Origin: an uncultured bacterium
GTDB lineage: Bacteria > DYJV01
Direction of reading: 5' to 3'
Length of the DNA stretch: 64,000 nucleotides
Assembly (NCBI GenBank): GCA_964492825.1
Contig: CAZBLP010000002.1
Span: 1,801 to 65,800, forward strand
Shown here: piece after piece, positions 1 through 10,296 of the stretch
Position numbering within the stretch: position 1 is the first letter of the stretch
Layout of the letters: each line of letters begins with the position of its first letter
The notes under the pieces: model-generated
What the model saw: the letters and a program-made list of their open reading frames with translations, nothing else
What the model was told of the DNA's origin: nothing
Database searches by the model: none
Translations under genes and position numbers: made by a program

Positions 1-585
1 CATATTATAGAAAATGGCAATGAAATGCCTCTAAATCAAAAGGAATTTCAAATTAAAGATATTGAAAATATTATAATAGGTTCCAACAGAGATGCTTGTA
101 TTAAAATAATAGGATTTTTAAAACAAAATGGATTTGAAGTTTTATATCTTGGTTCGCAGATACAGGGTGAAGCAAGAGAAGTTGCTAAAGTGTTTGGTGG
201 TATAGCTGCGGAAATATACAATGAAAACATAAAAATAAAAAAACCTGCTGCTATTGTTGCAGGAGGAGAAACCACAGTAACTGTTAAAGGAAAGGGAAAA
301 GGCGGAAGGAACCAGGAACTGGCACTTGCAATGTTTCCATATATTGAAAAAATTAATGGTTTGTTCTTATCCTTTGGTACTGACGGTATTGATGGCCCTA
401 CTGATGCAGCAGGAGCAATAATGTATAAAAGCTACATTAATAAAGCTTATTCTTTAAAATTGGATTGGAAGAAATATTTGTCTGATAATAACTCTTATAA
501 TTTTTTCAAACAAACAGGCGGACTTATAAAAACAGGAGCCACAGGCACAAACGTAGCTGATATACAGATATTTCTCTGCAATTAA
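1..585 (+). CDS. Glycerate kinase (MOFRL/GckA-TtuD family), C-terminal part. The 5' end is truncated by the window edge.
   Basis: The frame is open from position 1. Translation contains GGETTV...KGKGGRNQELALA...GTDGIDGPTDAAGA, typical of MOFRL glycerate 2-kinases. Confidence 0.6.
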   Translation, partial: HIIENGNEMPLNQKEFQIKDIENIIIGSNRDACIKIIGFLKQNGFEVLYLGSQIQGEAREVAKVFGGIAAEIYNENIKIKKPAAIVAGGETTVTVKGKGKGGRNQELALAMFPYIEKINGLFLSFGTDGIDGPTDAAGAIMYKSYINKAYSLKLDWKKYLSDNNSYNFFKQTGGLIKTGATGTNVADIQIFLCN

Positions 586-603
586 GAATATTTAAATAAC
601 TTA

Positions 604-676
604 AGCTGGCAAGGGGAATTGAACCCCTGACCTGCTGATTACGAATCAGCTGCTCTGCCATCTGAGCCATGCCAGC
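604..676 (-). tRNA. tRNA-Thr(CGU): tRNA-Thr (anticodon CGU). No CCA is encoded.
   Basis: The reverse complement folds as a cloverleaf: acceptor GCTGGCA/TGCCAGC, D-stem GCTC/GAGC, anticodon stem GCTGA/TCAGC with loop TTCGTAA, T-arm AGGGG-TTCAATT-CCCCT, discriminator T. Confidence 0.85.
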
Positions 677-876
677 ATATAATGGTTTTCCCTGATACTA
701 CTACGTTTGATAAAAGTCAAGATAGTTAGTTTATTTGGGAAGAAAATGTTATAAAAACAAATTAAAGTATAGTTTAATAAACATGGACTTAAAAAGGTTT
801 TATAGTTATATTTTGTTTTGTCTGATTTTGACAGAGTTGTTATAGATTGGTTTGTTTGTTAATGTATATTTCAATA

Positions 877-898
877 AAACCGCCAAAATGGCGGCTTT
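877..898 (-). terminator. Rho-independent terminator downstream of hisG
   Basis: Hairpin AACCGCC-AAAAT-GGCGGTT lies directly after the hisG stop and is followed by a U-rich tract on the minus strand. Confidence 0.5.
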
Positions 899-899
899 A

Positions 900-1766
900 C
901 TATTCTAAGAATTTATTCAAAGGAAATTCCACAATCCCTGTGGCACCAAATTCTTTGAATTTTGGTAGCAGTTCTCTTACCCTTGATTCTTTTAATATTA
1001 CTATAAGGTCAAGCCAGTTTTCATCTGAAAGGGTTGATATAGTAGGCATTTTATCAGGAATAATTTCCAAGATTTTATCAATATTGTTTTTTGGTACATT
1101 CATCATTAATCCAACTCTTGTTTGTGCATTGAGAGCTGCTTCAAGAAGCATTATTATTCTCTCAATTTTTTGTTTTTTCCACTGTTCATTAAAAGCTTTT
1201 TTATTAACAATAAACATTGTATTGGTTTCAAGTACAGTATCAACAATTCTAAGTTTATTAGCTTTTAAGGATGATCCTGTTTCTGTAATTTCAACAATTG
1301 CGTCTGCTAAATGTGGTACTTTAACTTCTGTGGCTCCGTAAGAAAATTCAATTTTTGCATTAACTCCATGTTTTTCAAGATATTTTTTTGTAATATTAAC
1401 AACTTCTGTTGATATGGTTTTGCCTTCGAGATCTTTAACAGATTTTATTGGAGAAGATTCAGGAACAGCAAGAACCCATCTTACAACATTTAATGTTGCT
1501 TTTGCATATTGAAGCTCTTTATATTCAATAACATCAGCATCATTTTCTACAACCCAGTCATGTCCTGTAATACCTGCATCAAGAATACCAGATTCAACAT
1601 ACCTTGCCATTTCCTGTGCCCTAATCAACATGCACTCTATTTCATCATCATTTATTGTAGGAAAATATGACCTGGAACTTACTGATATTTTATAACCTGC
1701 TTTTGCAAAAAGATTGATTGTAGATTCCTGCAAAGAACCTTTTGGAATACCTAACTTTAATTTCAT
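900..1766 (-). CDS. hisG: ATP phosphoribosyltransferase (long form)
   Basis: The protein is HisG-like. The start is reassigned to the ATG at 1766 ([11 protein letters not shown]...), which has an AGGAG 7 nt upstream. The track start at 1802 would overlap hisI. Confidence 0.85.
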   Translation of the reverse strand: MKLKLGIPKGSLQESTINLFAKAGYKISVSSRSYFPTINDDEIECMLIRAQEMARYVESGILDAGITGHDWVVENDADVIEYKELQYAKATLNVVRWVLAVPESSPIKSVKDLEGKTISTEVVNITKKYLEKHGVNAKIEFSYGATEVKVPHLADAIVEITETGSSLKANKLRIVDTVLETNTMFIVNKKAFNEQWKKQKIERIIMLLEAALNAQTRVGLMMNVPKNNIDKILEIIPDKMPTISTLSDENWLDLIVILKESRVRELLPKFKEFGATGIVEFPLNKFLE

Positions 1767-1767
1767 T

Positions 1768-2157
1768 TTATTCTCCTTTCCCATATACTTTTTCAGGGTC
1801 AAAAACCTTTTCTTTTTTTATTATAATACCATTTCCATTATCATCTATTTTTGTATAAAAACATGAATTATATCCTGTATGACATGCTGCACCGCCAATC
1901 TGGTTAACTTTCAAAACAACAGCGTCTCTATCACAGTCTATAAGTATTTCTTTTACTTCCTGGAAGTTACCAGATTCTTCGCCTTTTCTCCACAATTTTT
2001 TTCTGCTTCTACTATAATAACAAGCTCTTTTGGTTTTTAAAGTTTCCATATAAGCATCCTCGTTCATATATGCAACCATTAAGATTTCACCTGTTTTAAA
2101 ATCTTGGGCAATAGCTGTTATTAAACCACTGCTTTTTTCAAAGTCAGGCTTTAACAT
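1768..2157 (-). CDS. hisI: Phosphoribosyl-AMP cyclohydrolase
   Basis: 129-aa HisI-like sequence (…[10 protein letters not shown]…). It is packed tightly against hisG. Confidence 0.8.
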   Translation of the reverse strand: MLKPDFEKSSGLITAIAQDFKTGEILMVAYMNEDAYMETLKTKRACYYSRSRKKLWRKGEESGNFQEVKEILIDCDRDAVVLKVNQIGGAACHTGYNSCFYTKIDDNGNGIIIKKEKVFDPEKVYGKGE

Positions 2158-3146
2158 ACTTCCTCCTTTAATTTTCTGCTCATTAAATTTTTAATTGCTT
2201 CCATAACAGATTTTCCCTGATAAATTATATTGTAAATCTCTCTGGCTATAGGCATATCAACTTTGTATTTTTCAGATAATTGAAAAGCACAATAACTTGT
2301 ATCAACTCCTTCAGCAGCCATTCCAAGATTTTTCAATATTTCGTCTAATAGATTGCCTTTACCAAGTTCCATACCAACTTTTCTGTTTCTGCTTAAATCG
2401 CCTGTGCATGTTAAAACCAGGTCTCCTAATCCTGCAAGTCCTGAGAAAGTTTGAGGGTTTGCTCCTAATTTTATTCCCAATCTGATTATTTCAGCTAACC
2501 CTCTTGTAATAAGGGATGCTCGTGCATTGTGCCCGAGATTAAGGGAATCAGTAATGCCAACTCCTATTGCTATGACATTTTTAAGAGCTCCACCTAATAA
2601 AACACCTTTTATATCTTTCTGAGTATATACTCTAAAATAGCTGTTATTGAAAATTTTCTGACATTTTTTTGCTAAATCTGCATCTTCTGAAGCAATTGTT
2701 GTGGCAGTGGGCAATCTTTTAATAACTTCTATTGCAAATGTGGGTCCTGACAGATAAGCTATTTTAAACTGTCTGTGTTCCAGAATATCCTTAAAAATAT
2801 CGTCAATAAGCATTAACGAAGTTTTTTCTATACCTTTGGAAGTGTTAATAATGATTTTATTTTTTAATAAATTGGAAACAGGTTCAAAAACATTTCTTAT
2901 TTTTTGAGTTGGGATTGCATTTACTATAATTTCAGAATTTAAAATAGAATCTTCAAGATTGTCAGTTGCTTTTATTTTGTTGTTCAATATAAAGCCTTTT
3001 AAATATTTAACATTTTCATGGATATTATTAATAGATTCTAAAACTCTTTTATCTCTTCCCCAAATTTTGACTTCCAGTTTATTGTCAGCTAAAATATTTG
3101 ATATTGCTGTTCCCCAACTACCTGCACCAATTACTAATATTTTCAT
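2151..3146 (-). CDS. gpsA: NAD(P)H-dependent glycerol-3-phosphate dehydrogenase
   Basis: [15 protein letters not shown]… Rossmann N-terminus and overall GpsA-like sequence. Confidence 0.85.
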   Translation of the reverse strand: MKILVIGAGSWGTAISNILADNKLEVKIWGRDKRVLESINNIHENVKYLKGFILNNKIKATDNLEDSILNSEIIVNAIPTQKIRNVFEPVSNLLKNKIIINTSKGIEKTSLMLIDDIFKDILEHRQFKIAYLSGPTFAIEVIKRLPTATTIASEDADLAKKCQKIFNNSYFRVYTQKDIKGVLLGGALKNVIAIGVGITDSLNLGHNARASLITRGLAEIIRLGIKLGANPQTFSGLAGLGDLVLTCTGDLSRNRKVGMELGKGNLLDEILKNLGMAAEGVDTSYCAFQLSEKYKVDMPIAREIYNIIYQGKSVMEAIKNLMSRKLKEEVC

Positions 3147-5632
3147 TGCTCATTCCCATTAAAAATTGTATTGTTTTCATGCTCTTCTTCATCCTCAATT
3201 TCAGGGTCTTTAATAATTGTAACTGATACAACTTTTTCTTTGTCAGTGTTAATATTTACTAATTTTACTCCCTGAGTAACCCTGCTGTATAAACCAATTT
3301 CAGAGACTGATATTCTAATAACCTTGCCACTATCTGTACTTAAAATTATGTCTGAATTGTCTTTTACTTGGAGAGCATCTATTATAGCTCCTGTTTTTTC
3401 AGTAACTTTTGATATTAATCTCCCTTTGCCGCCTCTTCTTTGTATGGCATATTCTTTTAATCTGCTCCTTTTACCAAAACCTTTTTCAGCAATTGTAAGA
3501 ACAGGTTCTTCGGTTTTTATAACTTCCATTGACACAACAGCATCACCCTTAGACAATTTTATGCCAATAACACCAATGGAATTTCTACCTGTAACTCTAA
3601 TCTGTTTTTCCTGAAATCTAATGGCTTTACCCAACTTGGTTGCCAGTAAAATATCATTGTCTCCATTTGTGAGATCTGCAGTTACTAATTGGTCGTCTTC
3701 TTCAAGTTTAATAGCTATAATCCCTGTAGCTCTCGGATAGGAGTATGCTTTAAGAGCTGTTTTTTTCACAAGTCCGTTACGTGTTGCCATAGTTACAAAT
3801 TTATCCTCAGAGAAATCTTTTACTGGTAGAATTGATAAAACCTTTTCTCCATATGATAAATTTATTAAATTAACAATTGCCCTGCCTTTTGCATTTAAAT
3901 TTAAAGTTTGAGGGACTTCAAATACTTTTAACCAATAACATCTTCCTCTGTTTGTAAAAATTAATAAATAATCTTTTGTGGAAGCAACAAAAATATCTTT
4001 AACAAGGTCAGATTCTTTTGTAGCCATACCGGTTTTGCCTTTACCACCTCTTCTTTGGCTTTTAAAAAGTTTTAAAGAATTTCTTTTCATATAGCCGTCT
4101 TTGGTAATTGCAACAATTACTTTTTCGTCAGGAATCATATCTTCATCGTTGATTTCTTCAAAGTCTTTTTCAATTATAGTCCTTCTTGCATCGCCGTATC
4201 TATTTTTGATATCTTCTAACTCTTCTTTGATAACTTCCATTAACCTATCTTCATTTTCAAGTATTTCCTTTAATTCAGAAATCAATTTTAATATTTGATT
4301 ATATTCTTCTATTAATTTCTCTATTTCAAGAGAAGTTAGTCTTTGTAATCTCATGTCAAGAATTGCTTGAGCTTGTATAGGAGTGAAGTCAAATTGTTTC
4401 ATTAATGAAGCTTTTGCTTCTTTTGGGTCTCTTGAACCTCGAATAATTTTTATAACTTTGTCAATGTTCTCAACAGCTATTTTTAACCCTTCTAAAATAT
4501 GGGCTCTTTCTTCAGCTTTTTTAAGATTATAAAGAGTTCTTCTTGTAACAACATCTTTTCTATGCTCAATAAAACTTGATAATAAATTTTTCAAATTAAA
4601 AATTCGTGGCTGATTGTTTAACACTCCAAGTAAAATGATTCCGAAATTACTTCTCAATTGAGTGTGTTTATATAGAAAGTTAAGAATTACCTGAGGCTGA
4701 GTATCTTTTTTCAATTCTATAACAACTCTCATTCCTTCCCTGTTAGACTCATCTCTAATATCTGATATGCCCTCGATTTTTTTTGTTTTAACAAGTGCAG
4801 CAATTTTTTCTATAAGTCTTGCTTTGTTAACAAGATATGGCAACTCTTTGATAATAATTGCAAATCTTCTGCCTTTTAACTCTTCAATATCCGTTTTACC
4901 AAATACAGTAATACTGCCTCTGCCTGTTTTATATGCATCTTCTATTCCTTTTGTCCCTTTAATTATTCCATAAGTTGGAAAATCAGGGCCAGGAACAATC
5001 TTTATCAGTTCATCAATTGAAAGCTCTGGATTATTGATTAATTCTATTAATGCATCGACAATTTCATTTAAATTGTGTGGCGGAATATTTGTTGCCATTC
5101 CAACTGCAATGCCTGACGAACCATTAACAAGAAGATTGGGAACTTTTGCAGGAAGTACAACAGGCTCTTGAAGAGACGAATCATAGTTAGGTATAAAATC
5201 CACAGTATCTTTATCTATATCAGTTAAAAATTCAGATGCAATTCTTGCCATTCTAACTTCAGTATACCTCATAGCTGCAGGAGGATCTCCGTCAACTGAA
5301 CCAAAATTACCTTGTCCATCAATCAAAGGATACCTCAAAGAAAAATCTTGAGCCATTCTTACAATTGTATCATATACTGCTGAGTCGCCATGCGGATGAA
5401 ATTTACCAATAACTTCTCCAACAATCCTTGCTGATTTTTTGTATGACTTGTTGTAAACGTTTCCTAACTCATGCATGGCAAATAAAATTCTTCTATGTAC
5501 AGGTTTCAACCCATCCCTGATATCAGGCAAAGCTCTGCCTATAATAACGCTCATTGCATATTCCAAATAAGACTTTTGAAGTTCATCCTCAATTGGAATT
5601 TGATTAACTTTTCCTTTGAAAATCTCTTTCAT
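3143..5632 (-). CDS. gyrA: DNA gyrase subunit A
   Basis: 829-aa protein carrying the …[11 protein letters not shown]… GyrA signature, the QRDR-like HPHGD region and C-terminal beta-pinwheel repeats. Confidence 0.95.
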   Translation of the reverse strand: MKEIFKGKVNQIPIEDELQKSYLEYAMSVIIGRALPDIRDGLKPVHRRILFAMHELGNVYNKSYKKSARIVGEVIGKFHPHGDSAVYDTIVRMAQDFSLRYPLIDGQGNFGSVDGDPPAAMRYTEVRMARIASEFLTDIDKDTVDFIPNYDSSLQEPVVLPAKVPNLLVNGSSGIAVGMATNIPPHNLNEIVDALIELINNPELSIDELIKIVPGPDFPTYGIIKGTKGIEDAYKTGRGSITVFGKTDIEELKGRRFAIIIKELPYLVNKARLIEKIAALVKTKKIEGISDIRDESNREGMRVVIELKKDTQPQVILNFLYKHTQLRSNFGIILLGVLNNQPRIFNLKNLLSSFIEHRKDVVTRRTLYNLKKAEERAHILEGLKIAVENIDKVIKIIRGSRDPKEAKASLMKQFDFTPIQAQAILDMRLQRLTSLEIEKLIEEYNQILKLISELKEILENEDRLMEVIKEELEDIKNRYGDARRTIIEKDFEEINDEDMIPDEKVIVAITKDGYMKRNSLKLFKSQRRGGKGKTGMATKESDLVKDIFVASTKDYLLIFTNRGRCYWLKVFEVPQTLNLNAKGRAIVNLINLSYGEKVLSILPVKDFSEDKFVTMATRNGLVKKTALKAYSYPRATGIIAIKLEEDDQLVTADLTNGDNDILLATKLGKAIRFQEKQIRVTGRNSIGVIGIKLSKGDAVVSMEVIKTEEPVLTIAEKGFGKRSRLKEYAIQRRGGKGRLISKVTEKTGAIIDALQVKDNSDIILSTDSGKVIRISVSEIGLYSRVTQGVKLVNINTDKEKVVSVTIIKDPEIEDEEEHENNTIFNGNEQ

Positions 5633-5644
5633 TTCAACCCTTTC

Positions 5645-6730
5645 TTAGAAAGTTTGCTCAATGTTTTTTAAAAATTCTTTTAGTAGCATTATTAATTTCT
5701 TATTAGCATTTCTACTATTAATAGAAATTCTAAAAAATTTATTATTTAGTCCGTTAAAATTGGAACAATTTCTAATTAATATTTTGTTCTTTAACAAATA
5801 TTTTTCTAATTGATTAACATTTGCTGATGTTAAAATTTTAATAAGTAAATAATTAGTGCACGAAGGAAAGATTTTTAACTCTTTAATTTCAGACAATTCT
5901 TTTATAACAAACTCTCTCTCTTTTTCAAGGAATTTTTTTGTATTTTCAATAAAATTATCAAGTTTTAATAATTTTTCACCAATTAGCTGGCTAAAAATAT
6001 TGACTGACCATGGTTCTATATATTTTTCTATATGTTTTGCAACGAATTTATCAGCTTTTAAATAGCCTAACCGTAATCCCGGTATTGCAAAAATCTTGGT
6101 AAGAGATTTTAAAATTATAGTGTATTTAAAATTAGAAAAACTTAGACCGTTTTCATCAGTAAAGTCAATAAATGCTTCGTCTATTATTAAATACTTTTCC
6201 TTTTTTTCAAAAAATTCCGCAAGCAATTTTAAATTCTTGTTATTTACAACAATACCGTTTGGATTGTTAGGATTACACAAAAATAATGCGTCAAAGTTCT
6301 TTGATTTCAGATAGGTTTTAAGAGCATTAATATTTAAAATAAAATCGTCCTGTTCATTTAATTTGTATGAAAGAATTTTACAATTATATCTTTCTAAAGC
6401 ACTTCTATATTCAGAAAAGGTAGGTTCAACTATAATTGCTGATTTAATGCTCAAGGCGTTTGGTATAGAGTAAATAAGCTGATTTGAGCCGTTGCCGACA
6501 ACTATGTTTGATGAAGAACAATTTAATTTGTAAGCTATTTTCTCTTTTAGAGAATTTGAATTGATTTCCGGGTATAAAGTTATTTTATTAATATTTTCAA
6601 GAATTGTTTTTTTTAATATTTCGGGAAAACCAAGCGGGTTGATATTTACGCTGAAATCAAATAAGTCAGTATCTTTTAATCCGAGTTTTTTGCTTATGTG
6701 AATAATGTTCCCACCATGTTCAAAATTCAT
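5645..6730 (-). CDS. cobD: L-threonine-O-3-phosphate decarboxylase (CobD family). HisC-like aminotransferase is the alternative.
   Basis: Class I/II aminotransferase fold (NPNNPNG). The N-terminus EHGGNI…DFSVNINPLGFP closely mirrors the CobD HGGN/ANINPLG signature. Confidence 0.6.
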   Translation of the reverse strand: MNFEHGGNIIHISKKLGLKDTDLFDFSVNINPLGFPEILKKTILENINKITLYPEINSNSLKEKIAYKLNCSSSNIVVGNGSNQLIYSIPNALSIKSAIIVEPTFSEYRSALERYNCKILSYKLNEQDDFILNINALKTYLKSKNFDALFLCNPNNPNGIVVNNKNLKLLAEFFEKKEKYLIIDEAFIDFTDENGLSFSNFKYTIILKSLTKIFAIPGLRLGYLKADKFVAKHIEKYIEPWSVNIFSQLIGEKLLKLDNFIENTKKFLEKEREFVIKELSEIKELKIFPSCTNYLLIKILTSANVNQLEKYLLKNKILIRNCSNFNGLNNKFFRISINSRNANKKLIMLLKEFLKNIEQTF

Positions 6731-6855
6731 TTTTTAATATTAACATAAGAGCTCTTCAGTTACAATATATTATTTACATGGGAAATATGCAAAAAATTGA
6801 TTGGAGCAAAAAAGATTTATTTTATTTCCTATGAATTTAATTTAAACTAAATCTT

Positions 6856-7122
6856 TTATTTCAATAGGTTTTCAAGTTTTTTATAAAGCGTATCTATATC
6901 TTTTACTTTGTTACAAACCTCTTTTAAAATCTCTGCCAAAGCAATTTCCCCTTCTTCTTTTGCTCTTTTTTGCCATTTTTCATATTCATTCATATGTGAA
7001 TTATTATGCTCAATCCAATGAGATACAAGTATGTTAAGTTTCTCTTTAATGCTTTTGTCAGCAAAATTGTGATTGTGTCCATGATTATCATGGTGATGGT
7101 TGTGATTATGATGATGGCTCAT
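6856..7122 (-). CDS. Histidine-rich small protein, putative Ni/Co-binding
   Basis: N-terminus MSHHHNHNHHHDNHGHNHNF has 12 His in 19 residues, followed by a helical acidic/basic tail. It lies in the cobalt/corrinoid cluster. Confidence 0.5.
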   Translation of the reverse strand: MSHHHNHNHHHDNHGHNHNFADKSIKEKLNILVSHWIEHNNSHMNEYEKWQKRAKEEGEIALAEILKEVCNKVKDIDTLYKKLENLLK

Positions 7123-7173
7123 ACAATCCTCCTTAAATTTTTTATAATTGGATAATAAATGACAATAATGTTA

Positions 7174-8019
7174 TTACTCCATTAATTTTTCAGCTAATTT
7201 TTCTGAAGAAAAAACCAAAGATTCCAGGTCAAGATAATCAAGAACATTTTTATCATAAAGAAATTTTACAGAAGCATCAATTCCTTCATCTTTTAATTCA
7301 TCGTAAAAATTTACTCTTATTGGCAATTTGGGAAATATGTAAAACACTATACATATATCAGCAACACATTCATTTTTATCTAAAATTTTTCCACCTAATT
7401 TATTGGCTCTTTCTTTTAATAAGTTTAATTTCCCTTTGAAATATTCCTTAATAGGATTTTCAGCGCCTTTTTTTAGAGCTGATATTTTGGAGATTGAATT
7501 AGGCATATTTTCCATTGCAATCCATTGACCGGCAATCCCTTTTTCACCAGCAAAGAATATATAATTATAAATTAAAATTTTATCATATATATCAAAATCT
7601 TCATTGTTATCTTTTTTTAACGTCAAAGTATTATCTTTTCTATATAAAAAAATAAAAGTATCTATGTAATAAATTTTTAACATTTCTGTATTATCTTTTT
7701 TTTCATAAATTAAGTCCAGTTTTTTAGCAACTTTTTGAAAATCTAATTTTACAATACTACTTTCTAAGTTTGTTAAGGCATGCATACCAGGTATTCTATC
7801 TTTTTTTTCTGATTCAAAATAATCTTTAATCTCTTTTTTTAACTGTGGTGTAAGTTTTATATATGGACATTTTTTATAATCTATTGTTCTTCTTGTAACA
7901 GCAGTTGCAAAAGCCATACAAGTGTTTAATCCACATTCTCCACAATTGTTTTTAGGTAGAGTTTTAATAATATCTATTGGAGAAATTTCACCTTTCATAT
8001 TTTCAACCTTGCCTGACAT
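7174..8019 (-). CDS. Fusion of a putative 4-Cys Fe-S domain with a DUF3786-like domain
   Basis: N-terminal CGECGLNTCMAFA…(x16)…CP has a PF04060-like C-x2-C-x4-C-x16-C spacing. The C-terminal half is homologous to the ORFs at 32354-32956 and 37086-37709 (FPK[IL]xI…F[WY][ED]…F[LF][FY]D…L[SD]LE). Confidence 0.55.
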   Translation of the reverse strand: MSGKVENMKGEISPIDIIKTLPKNNCGECGLNTCMAFATAVTRRTIDYKKCPYIKLTPQLKKEIKDYFESEKKDRIPGMHALTNLESSIVKLDFQKVAKKLDLIYEKKDNTEMLKIYYIDTFIFLYRKDNTLTLKKDNNEDFDIYDKILIYNYIFFAGEKGIAGQWIAMENMPNSISKISALKKGAENPIKEYFKGKLNLLKERANKLGGKILDKNECVADICIVFYIFPKLPIRVNFYDELKDEGIDASVKFLYDKNVLDYLDLESLVFSSEKLAEKLME

Positions 8020-8177
8020 ATTATTGGCTTAATGTTAAAAGTTAAATCAGTCTATATAAAAAAGTTTTTATTTCCAACGATTACAGAGTTTAAATTTAAG
8101 GAATCTCTGATTTATAATTGATAAAAGGAAAAAAGTCAAAATATTTCGCCTACAGGAGCAAATTGTTTAAATTGGTT

Positions 8178-8828
8178 TTAAGTTATAATTTTTCCTTTTT
8201 CTAATATAACTTTTTTATTTGTAACTTGGTTAACAAATATTTCATCATGAGATATAATAATAAAAGATAGATCTGTATTTTTTAAAAAATCTATTAAAAG
8301 CTCTAAATGCTTTTTGTCAATTCCATTTGTAGGTTCATCCAAAAGCAATACTTCTGGGTTCATTGCAAGAATCGTTGCAAGTGCAACCATTCTTTTTTCA
8401 CCACCAGAAAGTTTGTATGTAATCCTATCTTTCAAATGATAAATTTTTAATTTTTTCAGAGTCTCTTCTGCTATTTTTTTTGCCTGCTCCCCTTTATAGC
8501 CTATATTTAACGGGCCAAAAGCAACATCATCAATAACAGTTGGAGAAAATAGTTGATCATCTGAATCTTGAAAAAGAAAACCGATTTTTGTCCTGTATTT
8601 TTTGAAATCTTGTTCAGAATTCATTAAATTACCAAAAAGATGAATTGTACCTGAGTTAACAGATAAAAGTCCCATTATTACATGAAAAAGAGTAGTTTTT
8701 CCTGAGCCGTTTTCACCTAATAATGCAACTTTTTCATTTTTATTTAAATTAAAATTGAGATTATGCAGAATATTTTTTTTAGAAGTGTATGAAAAGGACA
8801 CATTTTCTAATTTTATTAATGGAAGCAA
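8178..8828 (-). CDS. cbiO: ECF/cobalt transporter ATP-binding protein (CbiO/EcfA-like)
   Basis: Walker A GENGSGKTT, ABC signature LSGGEKRM and Walker B LLLDEP. The start is probably the TTG at 8828 (AGGAG 7 nt upstream) rather than the track start at 8861. Confidence 0.75.
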   Translation of the reverse strand: MLPLIKLENVSFSYTSKKNILHNLNFNLNKNEKVALLGENGSGKTTLFHVIMGLLSVNSGTIHLFGNLMNSEQDFKKYRTKIGFLFQDSDDQLFSPTVIDDVAFGPLNIGYKGEQAKKIAEETLKKLKIYHLKDRITYKLSGGEKRMVALATILAMNPEVLLLDEPTNGIDKKHLELLIDFLKNTDLSFIIISHDEIFVNQVTNKKVILEKGKIIT

Positions 8829-9571
8829 AAAGATACTCCTACAAGAATAGTAATATAACAAACTCCGAAAATAGAATAAGCCAAATCTTTTTTAGCAAAG
8901 GTAAAGTGCTTTAACGTATAGAAAGTTCCGTCAAACCCCCGGCATAACATGGCCTTAATTACTCTGGTGGCTCTGTCATAACTTTTTATTATAAGTATAC
9001 CAACAAGATAAGCATAAGTTTTATAGGTGAAAAGATTTGTTGAGGGCTTAAAACCTCTAATTTTTAAAGAGTTAGTCAATTTTTGATATTGAAGAGATAT
9101 ATCGTGTATATATCTGTAACAAAAAAAGAGTAAAAAAATTAGCTTTTTGGGCACTTTAAGGTGTTCAAGAGCATGGGCGATTTCAATAAATGATGATATC
9201 CCAAGCAAAAAAATTGTTGTAATAACAATAGCATTTGATTTTAACGTTATAAGATACGCATAGTCAAAGCCTTGCTTTGTAAATTGTAGAGTCTTAAACT
9301 GATACAATATATCTCCAGGGTATGACATAGGTAAAAATACCCATAGAATAAATATGAAGCCATTAACAACAGACAACCTTTTAAATAAGTTTGAAAAATT
9401 TATACTCTTAGTTAAAATTAATATTACAGGTAAAGTTAAAGCAAAATATGCTGCATTAATGCTGTTGCTCAACGCAACAACAAGAGAGTAAGTAAAACAA
9501 AAAATTATTCTTACTCTTGGGTCAATACTTGCAATAACTGAATTTGAATTTATAAATTTAGAATCAATCAT
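8816..9571 (-). CDS. cbiQ: ECF transporter T component (CbiQ/EcfT)
   Basis: Multi-TM protein with the C-terminal …AMLCRGF… motif typical of CbiQ. Confidence 0.7.
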   Translation of the reverse strand: MIDSKFINSNSVIASIDPRVRIIFCFTYSLVVALSNSINAAYFALTLPVILILTKSINFSNLFKRLSVVNGFIFILWVFLPMSYPGDILYQFKTLQFTKQGFDYAYLITLKSNAIVITTIFLLGISSFIEIAHALEHLKVPKKLIFLLFFCYRYIHDISLQYQKLTNSLKIRGFKPSTNLFTYKTYAYLVGILIIKSYDRATRVIKAMLCRGFDGTFYTLKHFTFAKKDLAYSIFGVCYITILVGVSFCFH

Positions 9572-10163
9572 TTTTAGCCTTAAAATATAGTATTATACCA
9601 AAAATTCCGAAAATATATCCTATGCCACCAAAGATTTCATTAAAAGAAGGCTTGTTATTTCTTAAAAGAGCTAATTCCCTTAAAACAGGTTTTAGTTTTT
9701 TATCAAGCATTTTACCTATTTTTTTATAATCGCATTGTGTTTGAACAGCTGTATTATTAGGATTAGGCTGAGATTGCTTTGCCTGTGTCTCTGTGGTGAT
9801 GTTTGACGAATTATTTTTTTCATCGCTTTCCATCCATTGTGAAGGCTTTATTATGACCTCTGTTCTGTGTCCCATTTCAGCGTCAAGTACTATTTTTAAA
9901 TTATGGTTTTTAGGCAATTTAGGTATTTTAAAGTTAAATTTTCCTTTTAAATCTGTTTTTCCTTTTAAAAGTAATTTATCTAAATTGTTGTCATATATCA
10001 AAATCTCCGAGTTTCTGCACTTTGTACCGTCACTAAAGTAAGTTTCAAGATACATTTGGTTATTTTCAGCATAATAGAAAATATTAACTTTATGAGCATA
10101 AAGGAGAGAATTAACACCTAAAAAAAAGCCTAATAAAGTAAATACATATAAATATTTTTTCAT
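9564..10163 (-). CDS. Putative periplasmic Ni/Co-binding component (CbiK/NikK-like) with a C-terminal membrane anchor
   Basis: N-terminal signal/TM segment, a beta-rich middle and a C-terminal TM helix IFGGIGYIFGIFGIILYF. The start is probably the ATG at 10163 (MKKYLYVF…), not the TTG at 10187. It is not a CbiM, because only two hydrophobic segments are present. Confidence 0.35.
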   Translation of the reverse strand: MKKYLYVFTLLGFFLGVNSLLYAHKVNIFYYAENNQMYLETYFSDGTKCRNSEILIYDNNLDKLLLKGKTDLKGKFNFKIPKLPKNHNLKIVLDAEMGHRTEVIIKPSQWMESDEKNNSSNITTETQAKQSQPNPNNTAVQTQCDYKKIGKMLDKKLKPVLRELALLRNNKPSFNEIFGGIGYIFGIFGIILYFKAKND

Positions 10164-10183
10164 TTCATTATCCAAAATTTTTT

Positions 10184-10230
10184 GCAAAAAAAAACCACGA
10201 AGAATATATCATCATATAACCTTCGTGGTT
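10184..10230 (-). terminator. Rho-independent terminator after the hybrid histidine kinase
   Basis: Hairpin AACCACGAAG…CTTCGTGGTT followed by a run of 9 U on the minus strand. Confidence 0.6.
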
Positions 10231-10296
10231 TTAAAAATTCTTTCTTAGAATTTTTAATTAAAAGTTACTATCATAAAAAATTTTTAAAGTCAATGT

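Noticed and set aside
585-900. Possible integrated element next to tRNA-Thr
   Set aside because: Only about 190 nt of non-coding AT-rich DNA separates the tRNA from hisG. There is no integrase, no direct repeat of the tRNA 3' end, and the flanking genes are core housekeeping genes.
847-1341. 164-aa plus-strand ORF
   Set aside because: Lies entirely antisense within hisG, has low-complexity hydrophobic composition, and has no SD. It is an artefact of the AT-rich antisense strand. The same applies to the many other track ORFs nested antisense in gyrA, the histidine kinase, purA, serA, serC, the acidic protein and the Wza-like gene (for example 3324-3614, 4101-4298, 11081-11386, 13539-13808, 15750-16241, 17063-17329, 22646-22996, 59106-59597, 60798-61118, 61986-62357).
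5645-6730. Calling this aminotransferase hisC because hisG and hisI are nearby
   Set aside because: gyrA and gpsA intervene, and the N-terminus carries the HGGN…ANINPLG-type signature that is more typical of CobD. I kept cobD as the primary call with HisC-like as the alternative.
8020-8177. Cobalamin riboswitch upstream of the Fe-S/DUF3786 gene or the transporter
   Set aside because: I looked for the B12-box (…GCCACTG… core) in the 158-nt gap, in 10231-10296 and in 6731-6855. No recognisable match was found, and the gaps are too short for a full riboswitch. A covariance-model scan could still find a degenerate one.
9564-10187. Candidate CbiM/NikM component
   Set aside because: It has only an N-terminal and a C-terminal hydrophobic helix with a long hydrophilic middle. 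CbiM/NikM proteins have about 7 TM helices. It is therefore interpreted as a binding/accessory component, and the M component is regarded as missing from the locus.
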